DNA of 32,000 nucleotides, taken from assembly GCA_003345555.1 (NCBI GenBank), contig PRDJ01000037.1, positions 1 through 32,000 of the forward strand, written 5' to 3'. This document shows, piece by piece, positions 7,965 through 16,657 of this stretch (positions are counted from its first letter, which is position 1; every line of letters begins with the position of its first letter). The notes under the pieces were generated by a model that was not told the DNA's origin, made no database searches, and saw only the letters and a list, made by a program, of their open reading frames with translations. The translations under genes and the position numbers were made by a program. This stretch comes from Candidatus Thorarchaeota archaeon. GTDB taxonomy: Archaea; Asgardarchaeota; Thorarchaeia; Thorarchaeales; Thorarchaeaceae.

Positions 7965-9296
7965 TCATGTTAGCTTGTTCATAGTCAAACCGTCGAAGAG
8001 CTTCGGTGCGAAGAATGTACTCTTCTGCGGCATGATTTCAAAGTTCCTGGAGACGGCTTCGACCTCGTCGACCTTGGGCGGGTTCATGAAGAATACAGCC
8101 TGAGCCTTTTCTTTCACTGACCTGATTGCCTCATCTACTGCATCGCCGACATCCTTGATGTAGATGACGTAACCCTCGCCTTTCATTGTACCTTGGGACA
8201 GCTTTTCTTTGTCAATGCCAAGAACCTTGTCAAGGATGAGAGAGTGGAGTATCGCGACGTCTAGGCTTCTCCATTGCGGGGACTTGTCTGGAACGACTTT
8301 GTTCATTAGAGATACGTCCTTCAACGTAAGCACGTAGAACTTGCCATCGTTTAAGAACAAACCAAATGCATGACGCTTGCCGTCGCTCTGCTTTCTCATG
8401 AAAGCAAACATGTCTTCCCTTGTCTTGAAGTCCCTAACCTCGAAACTCTGCTTCACACCGTCGAGCAGCTTCTGCCTGGAGAAATTCTCAAGATTCTGGA
8501 CCAACCTGTGCGTCGGCAGAATCACAAGGCCGGGGTTAGCCATATTGACGAACGTAAGCATTCTGTACTTCGCAGACGGAACGCCGGGATTCTCTTTCGA
8601 CAACGCGAGCGCCGTCTTGTACCTATGATGACCGTCTGCTATGATTACGTACTTGTCCTTCATCAACTCGGAGATCTTCTTGGTGTCTGTCGGATTGTCG
8701 ACTGCCCAAAGCCTGTGTCGAACGCCTTCCGTATCGGTCACGTCGAGCAGTGGTGCATTCTTGATATATCGTTCAAGCACCGAGTCGACCTCACGCTTTG
8801 GATCGGGGTAGATGACGAAAATGAGCCCAAACTGCGTCATTGACTGCCTGCAAAGACTAAGACGGTCCATTATGTCCTTGGGCAACGTTTCTTCGTGTTG
8901 AAGGACGCCGGCAAATGGTCCCTTGGCTGGCGGCTTTGCAGCAAAGTCCTCGAGCTCCAGAAGGCCTATGAATCCGAACCTGAACAGTCTCCTTCCCGCG
9001 GCCTCAAAATCATGACCGTAGACGTAGAAGCACTCCTTCGAGTCCTGCTTAACCGCGCCTTCCTTCAGCCACTTCTTCCAGATGTCTCTCGCTCTGGTGT
9101 ACTGGTTATTCGAGTCGTTGTCAGACCCTGTTGGCTTGTTCTTGGATATCCAAGCCATATTGTATGGGGACGACGACTGGAGCGTGTCAACCATCTTGTC
9201 CTTAATCACGTCATATGGAGGTGCTACGACCTTTGAAAGGTCGCCAACCTTTGCCTTGTCGTACCTGTAGGCTCGAAACGGGATTACCTTGACCAT
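7965..9296 (-). CDS. DUF1015 family protein (ParB/Srx-like fold)
   Basis: PPYDVI, QHEETL, IADGHHRY, LPTHR, MPQKSTFFAPK. GAGGAG SD before ATG 9296. Confidence 0.92.
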   Translation of the reverse strand: MVKVIPFRAYRYDKAKVGDLSKVVAPPYDVIKDKMVDTLQSSSPYNMAWISKNKPTGSDNDSNNQYTRARDIWKKWLKEGAVKQDSKECFYVYGHDFEAAGRRLFRFGFIGLLELEDFAAKPPAKGPFAGVLQHEETLPKDIMDRLSLCRQSMTQFGLIFVIYPDPKREVDSVLERYIKNAPLLDVTDTEGVRHRLWAVDNPTDTKKISELMKDKYVIIADGHHRYKTALALSKENPGVPSAKYRMLTFVNMANPGLVILPTHRLVQNLENFSRQKLLDGVKQSFEVRDFKTREDMFAFMRKQSDGKRHAFGLFLNDGKFYVLTLKDVSLMNKVVPDKSPQWRSLDVAILHSLILDKVLGIDKEKLSQGTMKGEGYVIYIKDVGDAVDEAIRSVKEKAQAVFFMNPPKVDEVEAVSRNFEIMPQKSTFFAPKLFDGLTMNKLT

Positions 9297-9445
9297 AGCA
9301 GACACTCCTCGATTGACTTAGAGCGGCGTGGACGAACGAGCCCATGGCCAATATGTAGGTTTTGCTCTATCGGAGAGAAAGACTGCGAAGAGTCACCTAT
9401 TGGGAGACCCCCTCCGAGGAGGAAATGAGCTCCGACTGACCTGAA

Positions 9446-10519
9446 CTACATCGAAGGATAGTCTATGTATCCTTTCTCCTCACCTTCATAGAAGGTGGCA
9501 CTGTCAGGCGCGTTAAGGTTCGCACCAATCTTGAATCTCGCCGGCAAATCGGGGTTTGCGAGAAACAAGGATCCGAACGAAATCAAGTCCGCACTGCCGG
9601 TTTCAATTGCCTGGTTTGCGCTCTGAGCTTCATATCCTCCGTTCAGGATGAGTGTTCCTTTGAAGGTCTGGCGAATCAGCGAAGCCAATCTTGCCTGCGG
9701 TGGCGGTGCAAACGGACCTGAGATGAACTCCACCAAGTGAACATAACCGATACCAATCTTGTCCAGCTCCTTCGCGAGAAAAGAGAATGTTGTCCGCGGG
9801 TCTGTATCTGACATCGACCGATTGGTGAAATGTGGAGACATCTTGTACCCTACCCTCTTCGGGCCCCAAACATCGGTTACAGCGTGGGTAACCTCGAGGG
9901 GAAAACGCGCACGATTCTGCGTGCTTCCACCATACTTGTCGTCTCGCTTGTTGGAGCCATCTCTCAGAAACTGGTCCAACAGATATCCATTGGCACCATG
10001 GAGTTCCACGCCGTCGAAGCCAGCCCTCTTTGCACTCTCAGCCCCTTTCCGGTATTGCTCCACGATATCCGCTATCTCGCCTGTTTCCAAAGCTCTGGGG
10101 ATAGGAATCTTCTTCCTGCCTTCGAAAGTGAAGACTTCTCCTTCGACAGGAATCGCAGAAGGGGCGACAGGCAATTCCCCGCCGTGGAAGTCGGGGTGCG
10201 AGGCCCGTCCTACATGCCATAGCTGGAGGAACATCCTCCCACCGGCTTTGTGAACTGCACTTGTTATCTTCGTCCAGCCTCGAACTTGCTGAGGAGAGTA
10301 GATGCCAGGCGTGCGTATGTACCCCACACCCTGAGGACTCACCTGCGAACCTTCGGTTACAATGAGACCAGCAGTTGCTCTCTGTGCATAGTATGTGAAA
10401 GCTGCCGGATGCGGCACATTGCCCTCGACGGCACGGCTACGAGTCATTGGCGCCATCACCATGCGATTTCGGAGCTCAAGATCGCCGAGGGTGTATGGGG
10501 TTAAAAGAATCATGTTCAT
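9446..10519 (-). CDS. Old yellow enzyme / alkene reductase (NemA-like FMN-dependent NADH:flavin oxidoreductase)
   Basis: MAPMTRSRA, QLWHVGR, HGANGYLLDQF, N.R.D.YGGS..NRARF, LFLANPDL. GAGGGA SD before ATG 10519. Confidence 0.95.
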   Translation of the reverse strand: MNMILLTPYTLGDLELRNRMVMAPMTRSRAVEGNVPHPAAFTYYAQRATAGLIVTEGSQVSPQGVGYIRTPGIYSPQQVRGWTKITSAVHKAGGRMFLQLWHVGRASHPDFHGGELPVAPSAIPVEGEVFTFEGRKKIPIPRALETGEIADIVEQYRKGAESAKRAGFDGVELHGANGYLLDQFLRDGSNKRDDKYGGSTQNRARFPLEVTHAVTDVWGPKRVGYKMSPHFTNRSMSDTDPRTTFSFLAKELDKIGIGYVHLVEFISGPFAPPPQARLASLIRQTFKGTLILNGGYEAQSANQAIETGSADLISFGSLFLANPDLPARFKIGANLNAPDSATFYEGEEKGYIDYPSM

Positions 10520-10551
10520 TTCCACATCCCTCAATCGGTCTTTTCTATTGT

Positions 10552-10584
10552 TAAGTATTTACCGCTTTTGATAGGTATTTACAG
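10552..10584. repeat. 13-nt imperfect direct repeat upstream of the OYE gene
   Basis: TAAGTATTTACCG at 10552 and TAGGTATTTACAG at 10572: 11/13 identical with a 20-nt period. Confidence 0.45.
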
Positions 10585-10718
10585 GTCAGTTTCGCATTTG
10601 TTAAAAAACAGGGCAGGCCATACCTGCCTCTGCGTCGAGGTTCTGCTATCTGCCGTAAACGTTAAATCAGCATATTGCACGAGCGGTGCGGCCAACATAG
10701 TCGGGGAGAACGAGATCA

Positions 10719-11000
10719 TTGGAGTTCTGTGAGAAGTGCGGAGCCCTCATGCTCCCAAAGAAAGGCGAGAAGAAGAAGAAGGCGGTACTCAAGTGCAGGG
10801 AATGCGGCTGGGAGAAAGCCGTGAAGAAAGCCCCTGAGTATCACGTGGACTACAGAGTGAGTCACACCCCTCGCGAGAAAATAGTTGTCGTCGATAAGGA
10901 AGCAACGGGTGAAGAAGAAGAGGTCACAGAGGACGAGAGGCGAGAACGCAACAAAGAGGTTCTCGAGTTCTACGAGGATGAAGGAGAACCAGAAGGGTAG
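10719..11000 (+). CDS. TFS/RpoM(RPB9)-like protein with the N-terminal zinc ribbon only and an acidic C-terminus (93 aa)
   Basis: MEFCEKCGALMLP...LKCRECGW followed by the H..REKIVVV linker of TFS. The second CxxC ribbon and the QTRSADE hairpin are absent. TTG start. Confidence 0.8.
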   Translation: MEFCEKCGALMLPKKGEKKKKAVLKCRECGWEKAVKKAPEYHVDYRVSHTPREKIVVVDKEATGEEEEVTEDERRERNKEVLEFYEDEGEPEG

Positions 11001-11123
11001 GGTCCAGCAGGTTTTTAGTTGTCCTCGAATATACTGTATAGCGCGAGAAGACAGAAGAGGTTCTTGCCTTGTTCTGGAGTAGCAGTCCCTAGTTTTGACG
11101 ACATCTGACATGGAGGAATAGAG

Positions 11124-12011
11124 ATGGCTAAGCAAAGCAAACAAGCGATTGAATTCCCTTATGATACCCAGAGATACTTGATGGCAAACGGAAGTGTCGT
11201 AGACAAGCTGAGGCTTGTATCGGCTGGTTACGACATCCCGAAACAAGAGACCGAGAAGATATTTTCCCAGTTAGCGGGTCTCCTTAACAGAGATGGCGGA
11301 ATGCCTTTCAACATAAGACAGGGGAATCCCAGCTCCGTCAAGGAAACGTCTGAAGTATTGATGCTGCTGAAGCCGTTCAAGAGTGCCTATGTGAGCCTGA
11401 TTGACAAGATGGCACGTTTTCTTGTCTCTAGACAGAAAAGGGATGGTGGTTTCGCCGAAGCTCTGAACCTAGACCCTCTGATTGAATCAAAGTACGGCGG
11501 GACAGGCGGCAGAGACTGGTACCCGGTGGGAAAGAGCGTCACTTGGCTCACGGGAAAAGCGCTTGAGGCTCTCTGCAATGTCGGGTTCGAAGATCAGTCT
11601 AGGCTCAAGAAAGCTCGTGACTACCTGATGGGGCTGCAGAACGAAGACGGGCACTGGCCGGATTTCAAGGGCTACGATGAATCGGATCCTTTGGGGACCG
11701 GCAATATCCTGCCAGCATTGGCCGCGATTGGCATCACATCGGAGAACAAGATCTACAAGGACGGCAGAGCTGCGTTGATGCAGCATCTTAAATCATCGTT
11801 GGAGCAAAAGCTCACTAACGATATGGTAGATCTCGCAGGTGTTCCGAATCCAGAATCCGATTTGGAGAGGAACATCATAAAGAAGGGCATAGAGCTCGTA
11901 TTGTCATCACAGACTGGTGACGGCGGATGGTGCCAGATGGGAATGAAGAAGAGTGACCCTGAGCTCACTTCTTTGCTGGTCTATGCTGTTATGAAGTGCA
12001 GTCGCGTCTGA
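11124..12011 (+). CDS. Prenyltransferase/squalene-cyclase QW-repeat alpha-alpha barrel protein
   Basis: Repeats NRDGGM, QKRDGGF, QNEDGHW and QTGDGGW. GGAGG SD. Confidence 0.8.
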   Translation: MAKQSKQAIEFPYDTQRYLMANGSVVDKLRLVSAGYDIPKQETEKIFSQLAGLLNRDGGMPFNIRQGNPSSVKETSEVLMLLKPFKSAYVSLIDKMARFLVSRQKRDGGFAEALNLDPLIESKYGGTGGRDWYPVGKSVTWLTGKALEALCNVGFEDQSRLKKARDYLMGLQNEDGHWPDFKGYDESDPLGTGNILPALAAIGITSENKIYKDGRAALMQHLKSSLEQKLTNDMVDLAGVPNPESDLERNIIKKGIELVLSSQTGDGGWCQMGMKKSDPELTSLLVYAVMKCSRV

Positions 12012-12033
12012 AGAGTACGACGGGTGACATACT

Positions 12034-12537
12034 GTGCCTGAAAGGGTTGTTGCTGTTCTCAAGAAAGGCAATCAATATGTGGCAGGTGTATTCACCGAAG
12101 ATGGATTGTACTCCACATGTGGTCCTAGGAATTCTGAATCTGAGGCCATAGCTTCTGCGGAAGGAATTGGTCTGGAAAGGAAGGATTCGAGAGACCATGT
12201 CGCAATCCTAGAGAAGGTCTTTGCTGTTTCTCAAGGGTTACCTGACTTGGACTTAAGTGACGTTAAGCTCGATATGACTGGTCTAACGGCAAAGGCGTGT
12301 AGTGTAATAGAGGCGACCCGCAAGATTCCCCGGGGTGAGACTGTGAGTTATGGAGAACTCGCGATGCGCGCCGGCATACCGGGTGCAGCTCGATTCGTAG
12401 GCAATGTCATGGCCACGAACCGTTTCTCTCCCCTTGTTCCATGCCATCGAGTCGTATCTAGTACGGGCATCGGTGGCTATGGTCGCGATGTAAGAAGGAA
12501 GATCGAACTACTGAGACTGGAAGGGGCAATCAAGTAG
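12034..12537 (+). CDS. ogt: Methylated-DNA--protein-cysteine methyltransferase (MGMT/Ogt)
   Basis: IPRGETVSYGELA, ARFVG, active-site PCHRV, and K..LL..EG. Confidence 0.93.
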   Translation: MPERVVAVLKKGNQYVAGVFTEDGLYSTCGPRNSESEAIASAEGIGLERKDSRDHVAILEKVFAVSQGLPDLDLSDVKLDMTGLTAKACSVIEATRKIPRGETVSYGELAMRAGIPGAARFVGNVMATNRFSPLVPCHRVVSSTGIGGYGRDVRRKIELLRLEGAIK

Positions 12538-12658
12538 CAATCTCTTTCGCGGACTATTTAGCTAGTATTACATGTTGCGGATTATTTACTCATAATGTTT
12601 TATTTGTGGCCAGACCACCTTCACTATCGGGACCAAGACCACAAGGGAACGTGATTTA

Positions 12659-13144
12659 TTGAACCTCAAAGTCAAGAGAAACGAAGACGTCGTTGAACTT
12701 AGGAAGGTGGAACTGGAACCGGTAAGTCCACCTTTGTATAGAACCCTCATTGGGTACAACTCTCTGAAACGACTCGGCTATTCAATCTCCTTCATTAGAC
12801 CCAAGAAGAGCTCTAGTGGCGATTTCGAGAGGATCCGCTACAACTTCATCGAACGCGGTTCGATGACCCGTCAACTCGAAGGGCAACTGGAGCCAGACAT
12901 GAAGCGGGGTATTCTGAACCAACTACCAAGGGGCGACTTCAGTATTGTTCTTCTCCTTACTCAAGTCCCCAGAAGAGGTGTCAACATTCGCCTTGACAAG
13001 TTCGATTACTCGTTCCTTGGCTGTATTCTCATGAGGAACGCCGAGGTCTTGGACATTGTCATGAACACACCACCGACTCGTGACATTCTTTTGCCCATGT
13101 ACGAGACCGAAATGGCACCCGTGGCAGTATCTCCTGAAGCATGA
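12659..13144 (+). CDS. Hypothetical protein (161 aa)
   Basis: Protein-like ORF that fills the gap, with a TTG start after GTGA. No family recognised. Confidence 0.65.
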   Translation: MNLKVKRNEDVVELRKVELEPVSPPLYRTLIGYNSLKRLGYSISFIRPKKSSSGDFERIRYNFIERGSMTRQLEGQLEPDMKRGILNQLPRGDFSIVLLLTQVPRRGVNIRLDKFDYSFLGCILMRNAEVLDIVMNTPPTRDILLPMYETEMAPVAVSPEA

Positions 13145-13349
13145 TTCTCTCTCGATAATCTTCCTTGCGGCCTGAGCCGTGCCTCTGGCCGCCCTTCTCC
13201 TCCCTCTTTTTCGTTGCAACCTTTGTACAGCTCTATTCCATTGATACCCGTGACGACCAAAACGAATTAAGGCGGCTGCTTCAAGGAATCTTAGCTTAAG
13301 CCTAGATCAACAGAACTGCAGGCCGCCGATCGTTTGGAAGGATTCTCAG

Positions 13350-15059
13350 ATGTCCCGAGTCTCTAGAGATGTACCGAAGGAAATCGCTGCCTTTGGAGAG
13401 AAGCAGTTCTCGGAAGCCGGGGCACTATCGGTCGACGTGCTTCGCATCAAAGAATCGACTCTAAGGAAGTATTTCAAACAGCTTCACGGCGTAATGTTCG
13501 TTGCTGCAGTCGTTAATCAGGACCGAGTCAGGCTGTACTTCTTCAGCATTGCCGGCATCATGCTAGGTGCTGAGAATGTCGACAATTCCACATATGAGAT
13601 GATTAGAAACGCGGCTAGACTCCTAGCGAAGTTCGAGAAGCCAAAGGAACCGACTGTAGAAGAACTAAGAATGGAAGCCACAGAGGAGTTCAGGTCTTCA
13701 CTGTCACGAGCCATGCATAAAACTGCAAGGGCCCTTGGCCGACCCGATCCTAGATTCCCTAACATCTTCGTCACGAAGGAGAGACTCGGTCAAGGTGCGC
13801 AGAGCTTCGGTATGCAGGTTGAGAAGGATGGTACTCTTCTTTTTGAGGAGGCTGTGGCGAGCGCAAGTTGGTCAGAGGGCGCAGTATTGCGAGCGAGCTT
13901 TCTTCTGCTTGTGGGCACTGACCGTGCGGGCCAAGTCTTTAGTCAATGTGCGGCGAATGGAATCGCCTATTCCCTTCTGAAGAGCCCTCAAAGGGAGCAG
14001 TGGCTTGATGTATGGAGGAAGAACACCGCCGGCAAGGATCTTCGCCCAATTGTCAATCACTTTGTTAAGCACTCAGAATGTTACGGAGATAGAGGCTTTC
14101 AAAGAGTCTTGTCGTTGCTCGAGAGCATTCCGGTTGACCTCTCGATTGACAAATGCGCTGCCGCTCTTGGCGTGATTCATGACGGCTATGAAGTGCCTCT
14201 TGGAACCGATGACTACCATCATATTCGAGCATTCTGCGACAGTCTCAAGAACCCGAGAAAGCTGCATGAACGGAGGCATCTGCTTGAGTCAGCTCACTTG
14301 GCCCCTCGTGCCGTATGCAATACTGTTCCTTTGGGAAAGGTGCTATCCGTTGTTGTGGAAGACACACCGACTGATACTGGCAATTCATGGCTGACGGTTA
14401 GTTATCTCGATGGATCCAAACTCAAGAATCTAACTCTCCGAGAGAGTTCCGCGTCACCTGTCACCTCATTGGAGTACTACTTGAATATCGAAGACACTGT
14501 GCCCAAGCCAGGAGGTATCCTGTCACAGGGTAGAGATCTCTTGCGGTGGGCGCTCGAATCCATTGGCGTGAAATCTGATGAGGCCCTCACTCACGAAGCT
14601 AGGCTGGAATTCAAGCAAGCTAGTCTCGATACCGGGGAGGAGGCTGTTCTCGAACGACTGCTAGAAGGCAGACTGAAGGTTTTGGCGAACAGTATCACCG
14701 GTTCTCTACACCGCGTTGTGAGATTGGTGGAATCAGGCAATGTGCTCTTGCTGCCCGATTTTGGCCACTTGGGCATAAGACCTGAATGGCTGCTGTATGG
14801 GGTCATTGAGGACATTCGTAACACAGTTCGGGGTTGTTGCCTTGAAGCAACAATACTGGCAAGGGAGCGAGATGCTCATGCCATTGTTTCGGCGCCGGGA
14901 AGTTGGGGCCAGCGACTGGTTGGAGCGGCTTTGAGCAACGGGCTAGTTCTTTTTCCGGTGACGCACATCACGTCTCCAAGAGGAGTGCTTCGTGAAGAAG
15001 ACGTGTTCCCCGAGGACCCCGAATGCATGATGTGGACCCAGTCAGTGTCTATCCCGTAA
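13350..15059 (+). CDS. Hypothetical protein (569 aa), possible degenerate Lrp/AsnC-like wHTH module at the C-terminus
   Basis: Long ORF with a GAAGGA tract upstream. The C-terminal segment LDTGEEAVLERLLEG...RLVESG...PDFGHLGI follows the Lrp/AsnC pattern loosely. Confidence 0.75.
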   Translation: MSRVSRDVPKEIAAFGEKQFSEAGALSVDVLRIKESTLRKYFKQLHGVMFVAAVVNQDRVRLYFFSIAGIMLGAENVDNSTYEMIRNAARLLAKFEKPKEPTVEELRMEATEEFRSSLSRAMHKTARALGRPDPRFPNIFVTKERLGQGAQSFGMQVEKDGTLLFEEAVASASWSEGAVLRASFLLLVGTDRAGQVFSQCAANGIAYSLLKSPQREQWLDVWRKNTAGKDLRPIVNHFVKHSECYGDRGFQRVLSLLESIPVDLSIDKCAAALGVIHDGYEVPLGTDDYHHIRAFCDSLKNPRKLHERRHLLESAHLAPRAVCNTVPLGKVLSVVVEDTPTDTGNSWLTVSYLDGSKLKNLTLRESSASPVTSLEYYLNIEDTVPKPGGILSQGRDLLRWALESIGVKSDEALTHEARLEFKQASLDTGEEAVLERLLEGRLKVLANSITGSLHRVVRLVESGNVLLLPDFGHLGIRPEWLLYGVIEDIRNTVRGCCLEATILARERDAHAIVSAPGSWGQRLVGAALSNGLVLFPVTHITSPRGVLREEDVFPEDPECMMWTQSVSIP

Positions 15060-15200
15060 TATCATGTAGTTCCATCAATGGAGAATGGATGCTTGTTGTA
15101 TCTAGCATTGGGGCTTCCGCGGCTCTATGATGGGCGGTGATATTGTCCTCCAGTTTTCGTAGGACTTGGTGCTGGCGTGAAGTCATGCGCGAGACGGAAG

Positions 15201-15207
15201 TTTATTA
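15201..15207 (+). promoter_or_regulatory. TATA box for tldD-pmbA
   Basis: TTTATTA preceded by purine-rich GACGGAAG (BRE-like). Its position implies the tldD start lies downstream of about 15230. Confidence 0.5.
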
Positions 15208-15255
15208 GATGTGCGGTTGTCTGGCACACCCAGCCCAAGTGAGGAAGGGTTTGCA

Positions 15256-16644
15256 TTGTTCGATGTGCTTCAGAAGGCAGTGGACGTTGGCCGAAACCTC
15301 GGAGCGACTTATGTAGAGCTTCGCGGGGAAGATGGCTTCATTGAGTACATTCAGATGGACGACGGTCGCATCAACGCTCTGACCCAGCGGATTGAGCGCG
15401 GCGTCGCAGTGAGAGTTCTTGCAGACGGTGCCTGGGGTTTTGTCACTACGAGCGAACTGGATGTGCTTGACAAAGCAGTGAGAGACGCTTACTCAATGGC
15501 AAAGGCCGCTGCGCCGACGCGACATGAGCCCATCAAGATTGCTGAGACCAAGCCCTACAAGGACACCGCTGATATCAAGATGAAACGAGACCCTCGTAGT
15601 GTGCCTGTAGCCGAGAAGATTAGGTACATGGAGCAGATGACGAAAGTCATTCGCGACTATGATTCAAGAATTACTGCAGTGACCGTCAAGGTTCGCACAG
15701 CATCAGGTTTGAAGTATGTTGTTACGAGTGAGGGAACTCAGATTCGGTCCCGTCAGCTTCTAGTCTGGGCCTATCCCTGGGTCACAGCGAAAGAGGGCGC
15801 GCGACTGAGTGCTGCTAGGTTCGAGGAAGCATCTACGCATCAAGGATGGGAGTATATGGAAAAGGTAGCCACCCCGGAGTTCGTCGGGCAACAGGCCGCC
15901 AGAAAAGCGAAACTGCAGCTAGAAGGAGTCCCAGCAAAGGCTGGGTCGTTCCCGTGCGTGCTCGGACCAAGAGTGATCGGTGTGCTTGCGCACGAAGCGC
16001 TGGGTCACTTATCAGAAGCCGACCTGACAGCAAACAGCGCATTTGCTGGCAAGCTTGGGCAGGTTGTCGCGGCTGAAGGGGTCTACATGACTGATGACGG
16101 CACTATACCTGGCGAGATTGGCAGTGCCAAATACGATGATGAAGGCACCCCCACCTCACGGGTCGAGATAATCAGGAATTCTGTCTTGACAGAGCTGCTC
16201 ACAAACCGTGAATACGCTGCCAAGAACGGGCTTAGGCCGACCGGCAATGCAAGAGCTGAGAGCTATCTGTTTCCACCCATAATCCGCATGCGCAATACGT
16301 ATTTTGAGAGAGGGGACGCTACCGAAGACGAGATGCTTGAAGGCATCGACTTCGGGTACTACTGTGCCGACTTCAGAGCGGGGCAAGCGCAGACAAACGC
16401 CAGCTTCCAAGTGGGAATACAAGAGGCATACGAAGTGGTCAATGGGAAGATTGGGCGTCCGATTACCGACCTGTCTATTTCGGGTATTGCTACAGACTCA
16501 TTGTTCAAGATAGAGTTGATTTCGAGAAAGGAATTTCCGTTCGAGAACGGTCGTTGTGGGAAGGGTCAGGAGGCACTAGTTGGGTCTGGCGGCCCGGACA
16601 TTCGATTTTCCAAGGGTGGCATCACCTTTGGAGGGAAGACGTAG
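15256..16644 (+). CDS. tldD: TldD metalloprotease (TldD/PmbA family, catalytic subunit)
   Basis: GVAVRV..DGAWGF, HEALGHLSEAD zinc motif, YDDEG, TGNARA, RMRNT, CGKG-Q. TTG 15256 follows a GAGGAAGG SD; the ORF-track start at 15211 is less likely. Confidence 0.92.
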   Translation: MFDVLQKAVDVGRNLGATYVELRGEDGFIEYIQMDDGRINALTQRIERGVAVRVLADGAWGFVTTSELDVLDKAVRDAYSMAKAAAPTRHEPIKIAETKPYKDTADIKMKRDPRSVPVAEKIRYMEQMTKVIRDYDSRITAVTVKVRTASGLKYVVTSEGTQIRSRQLLVWAYPWVTAKEGARLSAARFEEASTHQGWEYMEKVATPEFVGQQAARKAKLQLEGVPAKAGSFPCVLGPRVIGVLAHEALGHLSEADLTANSAFAGKLGQVVAAEGVYMTDDGTIPGEIGSAKYDDEGTPTSRVEIIRNSVLTELLTNREYAAKNGLRPTGNARAESYLFPPIIRMRNTYFERGDATEDEMLEGIDFGYYCADFRAGQAQTNASFQVGIQEAYEVVNGKIGRPITDLSISGIATDSLFKIELISRKEFPFENGRCGKGQEALVGSGGPDIRFSKGGITFGGKT

Positions 16645-16657
16645 GAGGAATATCGAC

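Noticed and set aside
11124-12011. Squalene-hopene or oxidosqualene cyclase (hopanoid/sterol synthesis)
   Set aside because: It is about half the length of a two-domain cyclase and has no DxDD or DCTAE motif.
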